Below, piece after piece: positions 48,658-58,152 of a DNA stretch of 64,000 nucleotides (its first letter is position 1; every line of letters starts with the position of its first letter). Source of the DNA: Thermoplasmatota archaeon. Lineage in GTDB: Archaea > Thermoplasmatota > Penumbrarchaeia > Penumbrarchaeales > Penumbrarchaeaceae. The notes under the pieces are model-generated. The model was not told the origin of the DNA. It made no database searches and saw only the letters and a program-made list of their open reading frames with translations. The stretch covers positions 1 through 64,000 of the forward strand of contig JARVGK010000003.1 in assembly GCA_029762535.1 (NCBI GenBank), in the 5' to 3' direction. The position numbers and the translations under genes are program-made.

Positions 48658-49389
48658 TTTTTTACCTCCAATGGCTTGGTGAAAGATGAGAAAGTATTCT
48701 TACATATTATAAACATAACTTGACATATTAGGTTTTTCATGTCCAGATACGGGACGAATGAAGGGATCCCTTCTTCTGGATAGGTCGATGTTCATATCGA
48801 GTACGGAATAGGGGATCGTTGACGGATGTTCTTGGACTGTTAATAGCAGGGGTGAGAGAAAGGATCCCGAACGGGGATCCCGCGATCATGGTCCTTGACA
48901 AGCTCTCAAGGTCCAATTTCAGGATGTCGATCCCCTTTTATCTCCGCACCAAGGAGGAGATCTTAAAAGTAAAGGATGATTAGACAATACTGTCACTGGT
49001 GGGAACCTTCGTAACGTCAACATGCCGACAACTACAACAGTTCCAAAGGGGGGAAAATGCCATCGGGAATTTTTTCGAAGTTGAACCCTGGGTTCAAAGA
49101 CGCCAGTGGCGACAATGAGTAAAAAAATAAACGGGAAGCAACAAATCGCTCGATCATCAGGCTTCCCGGTCCTGGAAAAACCAAGCCGGGGAATTGGTCA
49201 CTGGTAGTTTTTCCCGACTTTTTCATCCTACAACGATCACAATATGCCAAAGGATGAAAAAGAGCCACTGGTGGGAACCCGCAGAAACCTCGAAGAGGGT
49301 TCGAGGGCAGGGGAAATGTCATCAGACATTTTCCCGATGTTGAACCCAAGGTTCAATCACACCAGTGGCGACAAAGAGTAAAGAATAAA

Positions 49390-49464
49390 TGGAGCCACTG
49401 GTGGGAATTGAACCCACGACCTACTCCTTACCAAGGAGTCGCTATACCGCTAAGCCACAGTGGC
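49390..49464 (-). tRNA. tRNA-Thr (anticodon GGT), CCA encoded
   Basis: GCCACTG/CAGTGGC acceptor, ACTCC-TTGGTAA-GGAGT, GTGGG-TTCAATT-CCCAC, TCCA end. Confidence 0.95.
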
Positions 49465-49520
49465 GATGTTTTGGAGGGTGGTTAAAAACGGACCTTTACT
49501 TAAACATTGCTGAGTTATCC

Positions 49521-49720
49521 GAGCCACTGGTGGGAACCTTTGGAACGTCAACATGCCGACAACTACAACAGTTCCAAAGGCGGGGAAAATGCCCTCAGGC
49601 ATTTTTCCAACGTTGAACCCACGACCTACTCCTTACCAAGGCCCTGGGAAAACCTTGGGTTTTCCCGGTCATGACCCCTTTCGGGCTCATGAAGTCGCTA
49701 TATCGCTAAGCCACAGTGGC
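49521..49720 (-). pseudogene. full-length tRNA-Thr copy interrupted by two hairpin inserts
   Basis: tRNA segments 49521-49536, 49613-49641 and 49693-49720, separated by 76-nt and 51-nt inserts; D-loop GG>GA; CCA lost. Confidence 0.85.
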
Positions 49721-49920
49721 GATGTTTTGGAGGGTGGTTAAAAACGGACCTATACTAAAACAATATTGAATAAGAGAAGTCACTGGTGGGAACCTTTGGA
49801 ACTTCAACATGCCGACAACTACAACAGTTCCAAAGGCGGGGAAAAAGCCTGTTGCTCTTTCTAAGATTTATCATCATCAATAGTGACAATATAATTATCG
49901 TATCAGATCATCCCGCCTTC

Positions 49921-50562
49921 ATGGATCTGGCGATATTGGTGGATTTTGACAATACCGTCACATCCCAAGACGCCTCCTATGCGATCCTCGACCGCTTCGC
50001 CGAAGGCGACTGGAGGCGGATCGAGGAGGAGGCTTTCCGCGGCAAATATACCATCCTCGAAGCCCTCGAGATCCAATCCCGAATGGTCCGGGGGGATCCC
50101 AAAGCCATCGACGAACATGTACTCTCCATTGTATCCCTCCGCGAGGGTTTCCTGGAATTCGCCAATTGGTGCAGGGAGAACTCCATTCATCTCGAGATCT
50201 GCTCCGACGGCTTCGGGCATACGATCCCCTTGATACTGAAGAGGGAGGGTTGTGAGCACATACCCTACACATCCAACCATACCTGGTTCGAGGGGGATCG
50301 AATGCGAATAGCCTTCGATCATAAAAGGGAGGGATGCCCCGTCAACGCAAACTGCAAATGCTCGCATCTCGAGCGTCTGGGGTCACTATACGGTGATGTG
50401 ATCTACGTAGGGGACGGCGCGACGGACGCGTGCGTGGCGGGCAAGGCCTCTCATCTGCTAGCAAGGGATTGGCTGGCGGCATACTGCAATGAAAAAGGCA
50501 TTCAATACACCGAATGGAAAGAATGGACCGACGTCATAGAATACGCATCAACCCTGCTTTGA
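49921..50562 (+). CDS. HAD-IB phosphatase, MtnX-like
   Basis: DFDNTVT, ICSDGF, NCKC, YVGDGATD, LARD. True start is ATG 49921; the ORF-track extension lies in the repeat array. Confidence 0.88.
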   Translation: MDLAILVDFDNTVTSQDASYAILDRFAEGDWRRIEEEAFRGKYTILEALEIQSRMVRGDPKAIDEHVLSIVSLREGFLEFANWCRENSIHLEICSDGFGHTIPLILKREGCEHIPYTSNHTWFEGDRMRIAFDHKREGCPVNANCKCSHLERLGSLYGDVIYVGDGATDACVAGKASHLLARDWLAAYCNEKGIQYTEWKEWTDVIEYASTLL

Positions 50563-51654
50563 CCAATGCGTGCCGAGGGGTTCTCTCTTCCTCGTGTCGA
50601 AGGCCTTCTCCTCCTCACCTAGCGGAATGTCAATTCTCCTTCGCAGCACATCGGAGAGATGGGCGGCCTGCATGACCTCGACGCTCTCCCTCCCCTGAAC
50701 GCTGGTCACCGCTATGTCCTCATCTCGCGAGAGTACACCGATGACGTTGTTCAGGACCTTATCGTGGTTCGACATCGATCCTTGATACCCACCCTTGTAC
50801 GTGTTCGCGGGCGCGCCGAGAGGTATCTCAGGCTTTTCGACCCCCTCGACGCTCCAGTCCGAGATCTCGTTGAGGTACTTGCCACCGATCTTGATGCACC
50901 CCTTCTCGCCCAGCACCATCAGGGATCCCTCCATGTTCCTGCCGTAGGCGGCGGTGGTGTAGCTTAGGACCCCGGCGCATCCATTTTTGAAATCTATCCT
51001 GACATGGCCAAGGTCCTCTACCTCAATATAAGGATGGGCAACGTTGTCCATCCAGGCGTTCACTGATAGGGCCTCCCCTCCGATCCACAGTATCAGATCG
51101 ATGAAATGGCTGCACTGGGTGAACAATGCCCCTCCGTCAAGGTCGAGGGTACCCCGCCATTCGCCCTCTCTGAAATAGTTCATGTTCCGATTCCAGAGAA
51201 CCGTCGAGGATATCATATAGATCCTGCCCAGCTTCCCGCTAACGACCATGTCCCGCAGGATCGACACCGGTGGATTGTATCTGTTCTGCTTCACCAAGAA
51301 GTACTTCTTTCCCGTCTCCTTCTCGGTCCGTATTATAGAGTCGGCCTCCTTCAAGGTGAGGGCCATGGGCTTCTCGGAGAGCACATGCTTTCCGGCCCTC
51401 ATGGATGCTATTGCCTGTGAGGCATGCAGTCCAGAAGGCGTGCATAGGTTCACCACATCGATATCATCCCTGGACAGAACGTCATCGAAAGAATATACGC
51501 TCTCGCATCCCGCGATCGTGGCCCCTTCATCCGCCCGTTCGGGAACGATGTCGCACACCCCTGTTATCCTCGCGCCTTCCAGGCCTTTGAGGAAGGATAC
51601 GTGCCTCGAGCCAATATTGCCGTAGCCAACTACCGCGAACCTTACATCTTCCAT
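50548..51654 (-). CDS. Gfo/Idh/MocA oxidoreductase (WbpB-like NDP-sugar 3-dehydrogenase)
   Basis: GYGNIG, CTPSGLH, EKPMA, VKQNRYNP, WRGT...DGG, SHFID. Confidence 0.9.
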   Translation of the reverse strand: MEDVRFAVVGYGNIGSRHVSFLKGLEGARITGVCDIVPERADEGATIAGCESVYSFDDVLSRDDIDVVNLCTPSGLHASQAIASMRAGKHVLSEKPMALTLKEADSIIRTEKETGKKYFLVKQNRYNPPVSILRDMVVSGKLGRIYMISSTVLWNRNMNYFREGEWRGTLDLDGGALFTQCSHFIDLILWIGGEALSVNAWMDNVAHPYIEVEDLGHVRIDFKNGCAGVLSYTTAAYGRNMEGSLMVLGEKGCIKIGGKYLNEISDWSVEGVEKPEIPLGAPANTYKGGYQGSMSNHDKVLNNVIGVLSRDEDIAVTSVQGRESVEVMQAAHLSDVLRRRIDIPLGEEEKAFDTRKREPLGTHWSKQG

Positions 51655-51690
51655 TCTAACGCGCTCCTATCGATCGTTCCCGGGTGGGGG

Positions 51691-53082
51691 TCATGACTTG
51701 TAGTAGGTCTTGATGTACTTATCATCTATTCTCTTGAGCTCGTCCTTGGGGATGATCCTCAAGAGCTTCCAGGCTATACCGAGCGTGTCTTCGATGGTTC
51801 GGTCCTCGTCGTTCCTCTGAGTGATAAAATGTTTCTCGAACTCCTCAGAGAAGCGCAGATATGCCCTATCCCTGTCGGTGAGAGCCTCCTCCCCGACCAC
51901 GGCGACGAGGTCCCTGAGGTTCACTCCCTCGGCGTAGGCGGCATAGAGCTGATTGGACACCTGGTCGTGATCGCCCCTGGTCCTGCCTTCTCCGATCCCC
52001 TGCTTCATCAGCCTGGAAAGGCATGGTAGTACATCGACGGGAGGGGATATGGACTTGCGGTGCAGGTCCCTGGATAGAACGATCTGTCCCTCAGTTATGT
52101 AACCCGTCAGGTCAGGTATCGGATGCGTTATGTCGTCATCTGGCATCGTCAATATGGGTATCTGGGTTATGGAACCCTTCCTGTTCTGTATCCTGCCCGC
52201 CCTTTCGTATATCTGGGACAGGTCGGTGTACATATATCCCGGGTAACCCCTTCTGCCCGGGACCTCCTCCCTCGCCGCCGCGATCTCCCTCAGAGCCTCG
52301 CAGTAGTTGGTCATGTCGGTGAGTATGACGAGTATATGCATGTCCTTGGAATATGCCAGGTATTCCGCCGTGGTGAGGGCCATCCTGGGGATGATGATCC
52401 TCTCGATCGCGGGATCGTCCGCTAGGTTAAGGAACAGGACGGACCTCTCCAGAGCCCCGCTCAGCTCGAAGGAACGTTTGAAGTAGTTCGCCTCCTCGGC
52501 AGTTATCCCCATTGCGCAGAATATAACGGCGAACTCGCCCGATCCTCCGGGGACCTTGGCCTGTCTAGCGATCTGTGCGGCGAGGTCATTGTGAGGAAGG
52601 CCCGATGCGGAAAAGATGGGGAGCTTCTGCCCTCTGACGAGCGTGTTCATTCCGTCTATGGTGGATATTCCGGTCTGGATGAACTCCCGAGGGTATTCCC
52701 TGGCAGTTGGATTGATGGGCTCCCCGTTGATGTCCTTTCGTAGCTCGGGAATGATCTCCGGGCCGTCATCGATGGGTCTGCCGATACCGTCGAAGACCCG
52801 GCCCAGCATGTCCTGGGACAGTGGGATCTTCATCGTCTCCCCGGTGAACCTCACCGAGGTCGTCTTGGTGTCTATACCCTTGGTTCCCTCGAAGACCTGT
52901 ATTATCGCCTTGTCGGTATGGGCCTCGAGGACCTGTCCGAGCCTCATCTTCCCATCCGGGGCCCTGACCTGTACCACCTCGCCGTAGGATGCGCCTTTTA
53001 CCCCTTCGACGACCATCAGCGGACCCGATACCTCCTGGACGGTCGAATACTCAACATCCTTGCCCTCGACCAGGGTTGACAT
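51691..53082 (-). CDS. atpB: A/V-type ATP synthase subunit B
   Basis: [58 protein letters not shown]. Confidence 0.97.
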   Translation of the reverse strand: MSTLVEGKDVEYSTVQEVSGPLMVVEGVKGASYGEVVQVRAPDGKMRLGQVLEAHTDKAIIQVFEGTKGIDTKTTSVRFTGETMKIPLSQDMLGRVFDGIGRPIDDGPEIIPELRKDINGEPINPTAREYPREFIQTGISTIDGMNTLVRGQKLPIFSASGLPHNDLAAQIARQAKVPGGSGEFAVIFCAMGITAEEANYFKRSFELSGALERSVLFLNLADDPAIERIIIPRMALTTAEYLAYSKDMHILVILTDMTNYCEALREIAAAREEVPGRRGYPGYMYTDLSQIYERAGRIQNRKGSITQIPILTMPDDDITHPIPDLTGYITEGQIVLSRDLHRKSISPPVDVLPCLSRLMKQGIGEGRTRGDHDQVSNQLYAAYAEGVNLRDLVAVVGEEALTDRDRAYLRFSEEFEKHFITQRNDEDRTIEDTLGIAWKLLRIIPKDELKRIDDKYIKTYYKS

Positions 53083-53108
53083 GGGTCCGGGTAGCTGAAC
53101 TCCCGATA

Positions 53109-54986
53109 TTAATCTTTAGGTCGTCCTGGGATCATTAGCATAATGAGGAACATCAATACGAGGATCGATACGATAAGCCAGGATGCGAGCGCGGAAGTGT
53201 CGATCGGACTGGTTTTTGAGAATTCGACGTTCACAAGGTTGTTGGCCCTGAACGAGGCATCTGAATACTCGTCCTGTGAGGAGAGTTCCGCCTCGATGAT
53301 GTGCAAGCCTTCGGGGATCTCGCCAAGAGGCACCCTGATCTCCGATCCCCGGTCTTCCGTTATCATCACGGTCTCACGGCGTAGCAGGACCCCGTCCAGG
53401 GAAAGCTTCACGATGGCGTGGGCCTCGCCTTCACCCACCATCGCAACTTTTATGATCGCAGATCCTTCCTCGACGGTCAATGCCTCGATGTAGGGGTCCG
53501 CGAGAGGGATCTCCACGTCGACCATCAATCCCATTTCCGGCCGGATCGGGATCACCTTGTTCGAAATGCCCCAATAGGCTGTCATGGAGTAATCGACATC
53601 GACAATTGTCCCGTACTCCTTTACATATCCCCAAATGAGGTCGATGCGTCCCGGGCTCCTGTGATACGATCCGATATGGGATTCCAGAACAAGCTTTGCC
53701 CCCATGATCGGGAATCCCCCCGGGCCGACAGTTCCGATATCTACATAGCTCCACCAGGAGGTCCTGCCGGGGCTGTCCACCCCCGGGATGAACATGTTCA
53801 AAGGATAGTCGGTCTCGTCCCAGGTCTGTTCCTGTATGGCCCAGACCGAGTAGTTCTCGAACCTGCAGTTCTCGATATCGTTGACGCCGCCCCCTTCCAA
53901 TAGAAGCCCTATGTCGTTATCCTTGAAATTGCAGTCCCTCAGATCGAGGGGTGCTGAGGACCGGACCCCTATGTCCGCTCCATCGATGGTGAAGCGGCCA
54001 AGGAAAATACGCTGGGTGTTCGCACAGAGCACTCCTATCCCCGAGCTGTGTACCGCAGAATCGCTGAGAGGGACCACGTCGTTAACGGAATGGCACTCAT
54101 ATAGCGAGATCCCGGTATGCACCCCGTGGATGCTCACATCCTCGACATGTTGGATCCTTGCCTCATCGAACTTGAGCCCGAACAATGCGTTTTCCAGTTC
54201 TATTGTGACGTTCGAGATATTCACGCCCGACCCGCCGGAATATATCCCGGTGGTGTAGCTGCCGGATATGGACACGTCCATGGCGGTGAGATCGCACCCT
54301 CCCGTGGCGGATATCGATGCCACCTCGCTGTAGAACGCCATGTCGGAGATGAACGTGGAGTCGGATATCGAGAGGCTGCCCTGTCCATGCATCGTGATGC
54401 TGTACGAATCCACGATGCACTCGTCGAGGGTGTGGTTCCCCCTGAGGAAGATGGCCCCGGGGATGGTGGACGCTTTGATCATTGAATCGCAATCCCGCAA
54501 GGCCAGCATTCCACAGTCGACGAACGATGCGTCCTGGATCGAAACAACTCCGCGGTTGACGTAGAACCCGATCAATCCGATGTTGTCCCTGATATCCAAT
54601 AATCCATTTAGGGTGCTGTTGATCACGGTCACATCGCCCCATGCCTCGATGAAGATGGTCGTTCCCTGATGATCATCGGAAGGGGATATCGTTGAGTTGA
54701 TGATGGATAGGCTCTCCCCATCCGCTATGACGATCCCCGCGCCGTCAATGACGAGCGTGCAATCAACAATGGACAGCGACCCGTTCACGAGGATCGCTCC
54801 CGAGAGCATCTCCTCTCCCGTCAACATCAGGTCGCCCTCGATGACGTTGGGGTCCCAAACGCTTTCGGGCAGTTCGTTAACTACTGGCTGCGAGCACCCG
54901 GCATCGCCCAGAACCGGATAAGAGAACATGGTGAACATCAAAAAAATAGCCGTTATCAAGAGGATCTTACCATTCATGCGTACCAC
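53109..54986 (-). CDS. secreted beta-helix protein with C-terminal Ig-like domain and TM anchor
   Basis: Signal peptide, parallel beta-helix-like rungs, CARDB-like end (NNLV), C-terminal TM. Confidence 0.7.
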   Translation of the reverse strand: MVRMNGKILLITAIFLMFTMFSYPVLGDAGCSQPVVNELPESVWDPNVIEGDLMLTGEEMLSGAILVNGSLSIVDCTLVIDGAGIVIADGESLSIINSTISPSDDHQGTTIFIEAWGDVTVINSTLNGLLDIRDNIGLIGFYVNRGVVSIQDASFVDCGMLALRDCDSMIKASTIPGAIFLRGNHTLDECIVDSYSITMHGQGSLSISDSTFISDMAFYSEVASISATGGCDLTAMDVSISGSYTTGIYSGGSGVNISNVTIELENALFGLKFDEARIQHVEDVSIHGVHTGISLYECHSVNDVVPLSDSAVHSSGIGVLCANTQRIFLGRFTIDGADIGVRSSAPLDLRDCNFKDNDIGLLLEGGGVNDIENCRFENYSVWAIQEQTWDETDYPLNMFIPGVDSPGRTSWWSYVDIGTVGPGGFPIMGAKLVLESHIGSYHRSPGRIDLIWGYVKEYGTIVDVDYSMTAYWGISNKVIPIRPEMGLMVDVEIPLADPYIEALTVEEGSAIIKVAMVGEGEAHAIVKLSLDGVLLRRETVMITEDRGSEIRVPLGEIPEGLHIIEAELSSQDEYSDASFRANNLVNVEFSKTSPIDTSALASWLIVSILVLMFLIMLMIPGRPKD

Positions 54987-57572
54987 TCACATCGAACACC
55001 AGGAGCATCTTCCCTTGCCATCGCAGACGTTGCAGGTACCGCTGCCTTTGCAGGATGTGCATGTGTCCCCGAAGTATTTTCCAGTCCCGTTGCAGGTGGA
55101 GCATTTTCCGGTGCCCTTGCACCATGAGCACTCGCCCGTCCCGGAGCAGGATATGCAGTTGGGATCGCCGGCCTTCTTGACCGGTGCCTCCTCGACCTTG
55201 TCCTCGGAGGGTCTTTCCTTTTCCTTGGTATCTTTCTTCTTTTCCTCTTCTGGGGTCTGCTTGAGCTTCATAAGGATCTTCTTCTTGTAGAAGCTGGCTT
55301 CCTTGTTCTTCTGGTCGATATTGAGGACCGCATCGAAGAAACCAAGGGATTCCATCATTCTGCCGGCCTTGTATGAGGACCTGGCCTTTTCTAACAGTTC
55401 GTCGATCTCTCTCTTGGTAGTTCCATCTTTATTCTCGGCGGGCATTTTTTTCCCGGATATTTCTGATTCATATTCATCCACCATATAGGGATCGTTGAAG
55501 GAGTTCGCTTTGGCCTTCAGGTCATCGTCCTTCTTCTTGTAGGCGTCCCTTAGAAGGCCAGCCTTGAGCTTTATGAGCCTTTTAACGAGTTCCTTGAATA
55601 TCTCGTACTCCGAATTCAGATAATCAGTGTCCGTCGTGAGGTAGCTCCTGATCTTAGAGGTGTCAATCCCCTTGGAGTCTATCTCATCAAGCTTTCTGCA
55701 GATGACGCCGCGCCTCTGCTCCTCCTTGGCGTTCTTCTCCTTTAGGTTCTGGAACACCTCCATGACCTCTGAAGTCATGTCGGGTTTGTCCAGATTCTCG
55801 GCGATGAACGTCTCATCCGTCTTGAACCAACCCCTGATCTCGGTCTGGAACTCCTTCTTGAAGGTCTCGAGCGTTGCGATCGAGCGGGTGTATTTAAGCA
55901 TGATATCCTGAAGGTTCTCCACGGTCTTGGCCTGTCTCATCTGAGATAGAATGCCTTCGATCTCGTACCCCTGTCCCCTCCAAACCTTGAGCAGATCGTT
56001 GAGCTCCTTTCTCTTCTCCCTCATCCCCTCATATTCCTGGATCTGTCCTTCGATCTCGGAATACTCCCTGATCACGGATTCGTACAGTTCGGGGTTCTTG
56101 AGCTTCAATAATACCTTGTGGACGCTGTCGGATATCTCCTTTACGTTCTGGGACTTGAGTTTCGCTTCGATATCCAGGAGTTGCTTGATCCTGTCATCGT
56201 ATAGTTCGATCAGCTTTTCCGTAGAGTCCAGGTCCTTTTTATCGAACATGTCCTCCAATTGATTGATCGTGAATCCCATACCCTTCCACTGCTTTATTGT
56301 GGATTCGATGTTCTGCGTCCTGATCCTGTGGGCCTTGATCCTCTCCTTAAGCTCCTTTATCTGATGGTCTATGACCTCCATGTTGGTGGGATCGTTCATG
56401 GACTCGAATATCTGTGCGAGATCGTCCTCGAAATCGGTGGCATCCATAGAGAACAGCCTCTCCTTCAGGGACTTGAGCTTCGCGAGGTTCCTGACGAAAA
56501 TGTCATATTCCTCCTCAAGCAGGTTCATATCCTCGTTCAGGAGTTGCTCCACCATCTCCACCTTGTATCCTTCGACCCTGTAACGCCTGAGGCTCTCCTT
56601 AATCTCGGCACGCCTCTTGGATTCCTCCACTAGGCGCTTCTCCCTATCTTTTATGGCGCCGATCTCCTTTTCGAGAGAGAGCATCCTCTCGACGATGGTA
56701 TCCAGCATCCAGGGGTCATCGATCATCGACTCCAGGTCCCTTAATTGGGAGGAGATCGAGGAGCTCACCGGAGAGGATTTGATATCGAGGAATTTCTGCT
56801 TTTCCTTCAAAAGATAATCAACGTTACCCTCGTAGATGTTGAACTGCTTCTCCAGATAGTCGAGGTCATCGTCGTTGTCTATCATCTCCTCGAGCGAATG
56901 GGTAATGAGACCTTTCCTCTTGTATCTCTGCAGCCTGTTCCTTAGGGCTCTGTATCGGCCATCAACGGATTTGAGTATGCCTCTGAGCTGGCCGATCCTT
57001 CTATCGAGGTCATCAAGCTTACCCAACTTGAAGACCTCCTTCTCGATGTTATCGATCTTTTTCCTGTATCCGCCTCCCACCTCGGAATGGTTGGCTCTAA
57101 GGTCCGCTATCGTGTCCCTTATTCTCTCTGCCTTCTCTATCTGCTCTCCCAGGGATACGAATCGCCTTTCCACCTCCTCGAAGGGATGGGAGAACAGGCC
57201 ATCATCCTTTTCCAGTTTGTATCCTTTCTCCCTCCATTCGGACACAATGGCCTTCCACTCCGATATCTTCTGGTCCATCTGATTCGCGTCCCTTATGAGC
57301 GCGAAGACACCCTTGCCCTTTTTCGAGGCGTTGCCCTTATCCTTGTTCAGTGTATCTTTCAGTCGGTTCAGATCGCCTATGAACTCCTGGATGAGGCTGT
57401 AGGCCTTCTGATGTTCACCGGTCTTGAAGAACTCCCTTGCCGAGTCGAGCTTTCCTCTTACGGGAGAGATGTCCAGGCCCTGACGCTCAAGCTGGGTCGC
57501 AAAGGCATCCCCTTTCTGGATGACCTGCTCCAGCTTCTGTATCTTGTCCTGTGCGGACGGGGATTCAATCAA
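54987..57572 (-). CDS. large helical/coiled-coil repeat protein with TPR-like motif and C-terminal DnaJ-like zinc finger
   Basis: Charged helical repeats; FDAVLNIDQKNKEA (TPR-like); six CxxC pairs, five in CxxCxGxG form. Confidence 0.75.
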   Translation of the reverse strand: MIESPSAQDKIQKLEQVIQKGDAFATQLERQGLDISPVRGKLDSAREFFKTGEHQKAYSLIQEFIGDLNRLKDTLNKDKGNASKKGKGVFALIRDANQMDQKISEWKAIVSEWREKGYKLEKDDGLFSHPFEEVERRFVSLGEQIEKAERIRDTIADLRANHSEVGGGYRKKIDNIEKEVFKLGKLDDLDRRIGQLRGILKSVDGRYRALRNRLQRYKRKGLITHSLEEMIDNDDDLDYLEKQFNIYEGNVDYLLKEKQKFLDIKSSPVSSSISSQLRDLESMIDDPWMLDTIVERMLSLEKEIGAIKDREKRLVEESKRRAEIKESLRRYRVEGYKVEMVEQLLNEDMNLLEEEYDIFVRNLAKLKSLKERLFSMDATDFEDDLAQIFESMNDPTNMEVIDHQIKELKERIKAHRIRTQNIESTIKQWKGMGFTINQLEDMFDKKDLDSTEKLIELYDDRIKQLLDIEAKLKSQNVKEISDSVHKVLLKLKNPELYESVIREYSEIEGQIQEYEGMREKRKELNDLLKVWRGQGYEIEGILSQMRQAKTVENLQDIMLKYTRSIATLETFKKEFQTEIRGWFKTDETFIAENLDKPDMTSEVMEVFQNLKEKNAKEEQRRGVICRKLDEIDSKGIDTSKIRSYLTTDTDYLNSEYEIFKELVKRLIKLKAGLLRDAYKKKDDDLKAKANSFNDPYMVDEYESEISGKKMPAENKDGTTKREIDELLEKARSSYKAGRMMESLGFFDAVLNIDQKNKEASFYKKKILMKLKQTPEEEKKKDTKEKERPSEDKVEEAPVKKAGDPNCISCSGTGECSWCKGTGKCSTCNGTGKYFGDTCTSCKGSGTCNVCDGKGRCSWCSM

Positions 57573-57813
57573 CTTCCCTTTCCCTCCCGGGTGTCCTGAA
57601 ACGGGGTGAGATAGGCTATCTGGACTTAATATTTTGCCTAATCTTTCCCTATATCGTATACTATGGACCCGAAGGTTAATTTCGAACGATTATTTATTTG
57701 AATGGGTATCATTCCTCCTTTGGCCTAATGAGATCGGGATAGAAAAAAGAAACGTTAAGTAATGGGATTGTTTAAGCCATTCCATCATAGGAAAACGGAA
57801 CGATCGGGTCAGG

Positions 57814-58137
57814 GTGTCTCAAATGAAAGCTTCTTCGATGGACAGGCTGCTCCAGGCCGAGCGCTTGGCCCAGCAGCGGGTCGATGGTGCCCGGACCGAG
57901 GCCTCGCAAATGGTCAATAGGGCCCGGGATGATATGAAGGAACATTCGGAGAAGTTGATCAAAGACGAAATTAGGTCGAAAAAAGCCGAGCTGGCAGCGG
58001 TCAAGGAGCGGGCCGAGAAAGAGTCCGAAAGACTGAGAAAGGAAGGAGCGATCTACGCCGAGGAGATAACGAAAAAGGGACGTAAGCTGGTCCCGGATGC
58101 GGTTGAAGCGGTAGTCGGCGAGTACCTTGATGGATGA
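57814..58137 (+). CDS. atpH: A-type ATP synthase subunit H (G)
   Basis: Short charged helical protein (LLQAERLAQQRVDGARTEA) at the head of the operon. Confidence 0.8.
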   Translation: MSQMKASSMDRLLQAERLAQQRVDGARTEASQMVNRARDDMKEHSEKLIKDEIRSKKAELAAVKERAEKESERLRKEGAIYAEEITKKGRKLVPDAVEAVVGEYLDG

Positions 58138-58152
58138 GGGAGATGAGTTGTA

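Larger units (their letters stand above)
48992..49845 (-). repeat. array of tRNA-Thr-derived palindromic units surrounding the intact tRNA
   Basis: g(t/c)cactggtgggaa at 48992, 49264, 49394 (tRNA), 49523 and 49779; caacatgccgacaactacaacagttccaaagg three times; duplicated upstream flank gatgttttggagggtggttaaaaacggacct. Confidence 0.9.

Noticed and set aside
49032-49920. ORFs 49032-49349, 49389-49616, 49553-49741 and the N-terminal extension of 49786-50562
   Set aside because: They lie in the tRNA-Thr array or antisense to the tRNA; the HAD domain starts at 49921.
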